Below, piece by piece: positions 59,409 through 64,000 of a stretch of DNA of 64,000 nucleotides (the stretch's first letter is position 1; each line of letters begins with the position of its first letter). Source of the stretch: Promethearchaeota archaeon. GTDB taxonomy: Archaea > Asgardarchaeota > Heimdallarchaeia > Hodarchaeales > Hodarchaeaceae. The notes beneath the pieces are model-generated. The model saw only the letters and a list, made by a program, of their open reading frames with translations. It did not search any database and was not told the origin of the DNA. The stretch lies in contig JBHLMN010000001.1 of NCBI GenBank assembly GCA_048938105.1, positions 416,001-480,000 of the forward strand. The letters run 5' to 3'. The position numbers and the translations under genes are program-made.

Positions 59409-60851
59409 TTACTTATTATATAGTAGTAATCTGGTTTCGAGGTCTGGATTTTTCATGTCTAGTTGAAGAAACGTTTTTAATATTTGAAACCCAGCTAAAT
59501 GGTCGTTAGGAGGAGCTTTCCATAATTTCATTGAGTCACCTCCCATAAATCGCAAATAGAACGTTTGTTTAGATTTTTCAATATTGAGAAGAGCTTTTTT
59601 CGGGATTATGAGGGAAGTGATTTCTTTTTGGAAAACTTTGTTTGAAATGTTTATGAATACTCCCCAAAATTCAATATATTTCCGACTAATAACATCTGTT
59701 AGGAAAAGATATCCAAACAATAATGAGATTAATGAGATAATTATAGAGATTAGAAAAAATACAATAATGCCAATTTCTTGAGGAGACTTAGAAAAATCTC
59801 CATTAGGAAGCGTAGATCCATTAGATATGATATATAGAGTTAATATGATGAGGAGAGCTAATACACAAAGGAAAAATATTAAGAATGTAGTAATAATTAT
59901 TCTTCCCAATATATTTATATTCCCTCTTTTCTTTGCACGAAGAATATAAACATCATGATGGGATTCTATATCAAATTTTGTTTTAAGGGGTTTGTATTGG
60001 TCAACTAAGTCATTCAAAGGAAGCCCCTTTACTTTTGTATAAGGATCTAGATCATCATTTTTTTCTATAATTTGGTCAATGACAGTTAAAATGTTATGAC
60101 TTGGAAAGACAGTAGATGTGGATTTATGCGGACGATTACGAAATTTTTTCCACTGACTTAGCTCTACTGAACCTTTTGTTACAATCAATACAGGATAATG
60201 ACTGAGTATGTGAATGAGCTTATAGTAAAACGGGGCTACATTGGCTAGTCCTGCCCATGTCCACATTTTTATTGGGTCATCGGATTCTGAGAATTCTAGT
60301 TGATTGTAAAACCTAACTGAGATAAAATAACTCCTTGTGCTTACTCGAATTTCAACACTTTCGACCTGTTCTAAATTGATCTGATCTGTTACTACTTGGG
60401 TGTAAAAATCTCGAATTGAATAAAGAACCTTATTAACAGAATCATGAATAATGTGGTGTCTTGGAAGGTTTATAAAGATTATAACCCATCCAGTCAAAGA
60501 TAATAGACCCTGAAAAACCAAGATAAATATGAATAATTCTAAATCAAATCGATTACAGATAAAATTGAATAAGATAAAGATCATGACCGTTAAAACCAAT
60601 AAATACTGTTTCCAAGGGACATGACATGTCTGGTTTGGCCATTTTAACATTAAGTACCCAATGCTGATAAGTAAAAGCGCAAGTAACATAACGAAACCAT
60701 TTATGGTTAACGTTATTAGTTCTGAATTGATTATAAATACAATAATAAAGAATAAGGAGTGAAGAAAGATACCAAAAAGGGAATTGACAACAGAATATAA
60801 TCTAGATCCCATAGGTATTTTCAAATTATTCTCTAATGCGTAGTACTCCAC
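59409..60851 (-). CDS. Hypothetical membrane protein
   Basis: Four N-terminal and two later TM segments separated by soluble domains. Confidence 0.7.
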   Translation of the reverse strand: MEYYALENNLKIPMGSRLYSVVNSLFGIFLHSLFFIIVFIINSELITLTINGFVMLLALLLISIGYLMLKWPNQTCHVPWKQYLLVLTVMIFILFNFICNRFDLELFIFILVFQGLLSLTGWVIIFINLPRHHIIHDSVNKVLYSIRDFYTQVVTDQINLEQVESVEIRVSTRSYFISVRFYNQLEFSESDDPIKMWTWAGLANVAPFYYKLIHILSHYPVLIVTKGSVELSQWKKFRNRPHKSTSTVFPSHNILTVIDQIIEKNDDLDPYTKVKGLPLNDLVDQYKPLKTKFDIESHHDVYILRAKKRGNINILGRIIITTFLIFFLCVLALLIILTLYIISNGSTLPNGDFSKSPQEIGIIVFFLISIIISLISLLFGYLFLTDVISRKYIEFWGVFINISNKVFQKEITSLIIPKKALLNIEKSKQTFYLRFMGGDSMKLWKAPPNDHLAGFQILKTFLQLDMKNPDLETRLLLYNK

Positions 60852-60997
60852 AAAATTGCCCTCTAGATAACATAATGCATTCTGATTTTCAAATACTCTG
60901 GGATTTAATTGTATATTATCCTTTAAAATGTTATAGATCCAAAACTTTTAGAGGAGGAGTAAATTAAAATTTCAGTAAGTTAGATGGGTATTGAAAT

Positions 60998-61798
60998 ATG
61001 AAAGAAGTGCAACCTATTATTGACATAAGAGGTTTAATAAAGAATTATGGTACATTCCCTGTATTCGATAGACTATCATTGACAGTCAACAAAGGTTCTT
61101 GTACTGGCCTAGTTGGGCCTAATGGGTCGGGGAAGACCACTTTGTACAAATGCTTACTTGGTTTCACCGATGTAACATATGGCCAAATTTCTTTTTTTGG
61201 AGACGAAACATGCAAAGACGGTCTTGTAAGACACCAGAGTTTACACACCTGTAGAAAACGTATTGGTTATGTTCCAGAAGAGAATGTCTTTTACGAACAT
61301 TTATCTCCAAAAGAATACCTCCAGATGGTTGCCTCTGTCATTCGAATACCAAAGGACGTTCAAACCATTCGCGTAAACGCATTGCTAAGTGCATTTAAAT
61401 TGGAACGTTGGGCGGAGCAGATGATAACCACCTTATCTGAAGGAAATAGACAACGTTTATCTATCGCTGCTGCCTTTATCCAAGGACCTGAACTTCTACT
61501 TCTGGATGAACCTCTTAACGGACTTGATCCTGGTGGAAGACATTACTGCCTTAATTTACTCTCACAATTCACGGATAAAGGTGTGCCTGAACTCGCTATT
61601 ACTTCTCCAGGAACTATTCTTATCAGCAGTCATTTACTTGGAGATATAGAGCGTATTTGTACGGACGTTATAATATTGAACCATGAATGTCAAGTAGTAG
61701 CTCGTGGTTCACTCTCTGAGGTACGTAATAGACTAACCGAGGATGCAAACCTTGAGGATGTTTACCTCGCTGTAGTTGAAGGTTGGGAGGAAGAATAA
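60998..61798 (+). CDS. ABC transporter ATP-binding protein (ABC-2 exporter type)
   Basis: GPNGSGKTT, LSEGNRQR, LLLDEP, SSH. Confidence 0.93.
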   Translation: MKEVQPIIDIRGLIKNYGTFPVFDRLSLTVNKGSCTGLVGPNGSGKTTLYKCLLGFTDVTYGQISFFGDETCKDGLVRHQSLHTCRKRIGYVPEENVFYEHLSPKEYLQMVASVIRIPKDVQTIRVNALLSAFKLERWAEQMITTLSEGNRQRLSIAAAFIQGPELLLLDEPLNGLDPGGRHYCLNLLSQFTDKGVPELAITSPGTILISSHLLGDIERICTDVIILNHECQVVARGSLSEVRNRLTEDANLEDVYLAVVEGWEEE

Positions 61799-63262
61799 TT
61801 GGAAATAATGAGGGATTTATTTGAGAAAGTTTATTATTTAAGTTGTTTACGAATAAAAATTGGTTTTAAAAGACATTCTCCTATTATCTTTGCAATTGGT
61901 ATATTGTTTCTTTTGTTTTATGCTTTGATTTTTGGAATTCTTTTAGTTATTCTTTTCTTAGGTATTTTCTCACAACAAAACTTCCAACCACCAATTCCTT
62001 ATAGAGATTTATTATCATTCGGATTTTTAGCCTTTTTTGCCACAATCTTGTCTTATTTGATTACTGCTGGAGCGACTGGACTTCGAAACCCTTTTATTAG
62101 TGGGCGGCAGGATGCTCACTTTTTTCAGCGCATCCCAGTTGAATCATTTGTAATGTATGTCTCAACACAAATAATTGAGCCTCTCAAAATAGCCTTACTA
62201 TTTGGACCGATGATTGTGTTTCTGTTCGGTCCTTTAATGCTGGTACTTCATTTACCTTGGTGGAGAATAGTAGGTGTACTAATTGTATGTTTCCTTACCT
62301 ACATTCTTTGTGAAAACATGGCACAATTAGCTTTCTTTACTCTTAGGAGGTTCAGGCGTAAAGGAAGTTGGTCCTTAATATGGATAGAATATAATTCTCT
62401 AATTGGCGGTATATGTATTCTAGGAATTCCTGTAATAGCACTTCTATTGTTACAACAAAATATTATCACCAATTTCAAAACTCTTACCAATTATACTCTT
62501 TTCCCCTTGGTTAATACAGCAGTATCAGCAACAGGTTTTTTCTTCCGGTCTGGTGTTCCTTTAGTAAGCTGGTTTGCTCTGTTAATTCTATTTTTGGAAT
62601 CAGTCATACTTTCATGTGTCGCTAGCATTGTTGCAGTGAAATACAAACCAATGGAGGACATAACAGAGATCATACCTGTATTATCATTTCAAGCAACACA
62701 AATAGAAGATCTTATTGGTGGGAAAACTATTGAACCCCCTGAGCTAATTAACGAAAATATCAAAGGTACAACCATTATCAGTGGTAAATCACCTTGGCGA
62801 GCTTATTTATTAAAAGATTGGCTTGCTATTAAACGTATTCGCATGTTACGGAACCAATTTTATCAAGCTCCGATTATTGTTATTGGAATTATCATTATTA
62901 TTTTATTCGTTATACCGAAAGAGAATACATTATCCCATATAATACTAATCTTAGCTATTTATCGAATGGCCGAATTTTGTATGCAAATTATGCAACTAGA
63001 AATTAAGGATCCAATGCAGCGTTTCCCAGTTAATCCATGGGATATGAGAAAAAGTAAGTTTCTCCTTGGCCTCTTAGGAACAGGTTTTTATAGTATTCCT
63101 TTGTTAGTAGTTAAAGGACCAATTAGTTTATTGATCATAATCCTTATATCAGGACTGAGTATAATTCTTGGGAAGACAAAATTAATAAACTCCAAGCTTA
63201 CCAGATACTTCATATTATTAATGATTGCATTTTTGACAACATTATTACTCTTGTTATTTTGA
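61799..63262 (+). CDS. Putative ABC exporter permease
   Basis: About ten TM segments; directly follows the ATPase. Confidence 0.7.
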   Translation: MEIMRDLFEKVYYLSCLRIKIGFKRHSPIIFAIGILFLLFYALIFGILLVILFLGIFSQQNFQPPIPYRDLLSFGFLAFFATILSYLITAGATGLRNPFISGRQDAHFFQRIPVESFVMYVSTQIIEPLKIALLFGPMIVFLFGPLMLVLHLPWWRIVGVLIVCFLTYILCENMAQLAFFTLRRFRRKGSWSLIWIEYNSLIGGICILGIPVIALLLLQQNIITNFKTLTNYTLFPLVNTAVSATGFFFRSGVPLVSWFALLILFLESVILSCVASIVAVKYKPMEDITEIIPVLSFQATQIEDLIGGKTIEPPELINENIKGTTIISGKSPWRAYLLKDWLAIKRIRMLRNQFYQAPIIVIGIIIIILFVIPKENTLSHIILILAIYRMAEFCMQIMQLEIKDPMQRFPVNPWDMRKSKFLLGLLGTGFYSIPLLVVKGPISLLIIILISGLSIILGKTKLINSKLTRYFILLMIAFLTTLLLLLF

Positions 63263-63578
63263 GTTTCTTCCTCCAATAATTCCTATTATGAAGAAGTTAT
63301 GTGGAATGTGAAGTCTTTCTTAGAATTCCACCTTATTAGTGGGAAAAAGTTTTATTTCTCTGTAGGTGGTGTTTTTTTCGCAAGAATTAACTAACCCACA
63401 CGCTTTGGGCACCATGCTTTTAAAGGAAGGATGTGTCAAAAAGCTAGATATCCTTGCTTTTACAGGGGGTAAGTAACGATTGGACGGTTGATTGAAAAGA
63501 ATTACAAATAATAATTGCATTGGAATGATAGACATTCCGAAATGTTTTAGAAAACAGCCACTTATTTTATTAAATCGT

Positions 63579-63998
63579 TTATGCGGTAGATGGTTTTAAA
63601 TTATGGTAAATTATACCAAAACAAAAACAAAGAAAGTAAATACATAGTCCAATCAGAAATAGATCATTGTTATTCATTATTAAGAGAGGAATATGAATAC
63701 AAATTACAAGAAGAAATGATAATAGCCATTTTTCTGTGATTAAAGCTGTTTTGGATATATCAAAATGGCGAACGAATGTTTTTGATTCTTTAAACCACAA
63801 AAAGAGACTGATAATAATGGTGATCACAGGTACAATAATAAGATAGCCTGGATATATTGTTACTTTAGTAAAAATCCAAAATACAAGTAAACCGCTAATT
63901 AAAATAAAAGCACAACTATAGAGTAATGATATTCTGAATTTATCCAAAAGTAAGAAATCTTTCTTGAGTAAACTACTAATTTCAGATAGGAAACGACT
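63579..63998 (-). CDS. Membrane protein, C-terminal part (5' end lies beyond the window)
   Basis: The frame of ORF 63579..63947 stays open to the window end. Confidence 0.6.
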   Translation of the reverse strand, partial: SRFLSEISSLLKKDFLLLDKFRISLLYSCAFILISGLLVFWIFTKVTIYPGYLIIVPVITIIISLFLWFKESKTFVRHFDISKTALITEKWLLSFLLVICIHIPLLIMNNNDLFLIGLCIYFLCFCFGIIYHNLKPSTA

Positions 63999-64000
63999 TT

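Noticed and set aside
650-63535. Numerous 60-136 aa ORFs antisense to or nested in long genes
   Set aside because: Shadow ORFs of well-supported genes, with no motifs
47761-64000. Provirus or intact integrated element
   Set aside because: No integrase, transposase, capsid or packaging genes recognised

Overview
AT-rich archaeal chromosomal segment. The gene content points to an Asgard archaeon, probably Heimdallarchaeia/Hodarchaeales (inference): five small GTPases (two Rab-like, one MglA-like, one Arf-like, one divergent), a gelsolin-domain protein, a CdvA-like coiled coil and longin/DENN-like proteins. Housekeeping genes: tRNA/rRNA modification (trm56, sua5, elp3, Nop2-like plus nip7), dph6, nadA-nadC, a sugar-nucleotide/aglH cluster, porG-D-A-B, an intron-containing tRNA-Ala(GGC), nth, and a cdc6-GINS-mcm-hel308 cluster with homing inteins in MCM and Hel308. 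From about 47.8 kb the window is accessory-like. The strongest candidate for an undescribed system lies at 3.6-11.5 kb: a Get4/TRC35-like protein is transcribed divergently from a gelsolin-X / Rab(Ran-like) / MglA-like run, followed by Sua5, a longin/DENN-like protein and a structured RNA of about 130 nt. Other leads: a GTPase plus GAP1-N2/M-like pair, a dispersed 60-bp repeat, 21-bp tandem motif arrays and a 20-aa ORF with a PIP-box-like end. All family calls come from reading motifs by eye; no searches were run.
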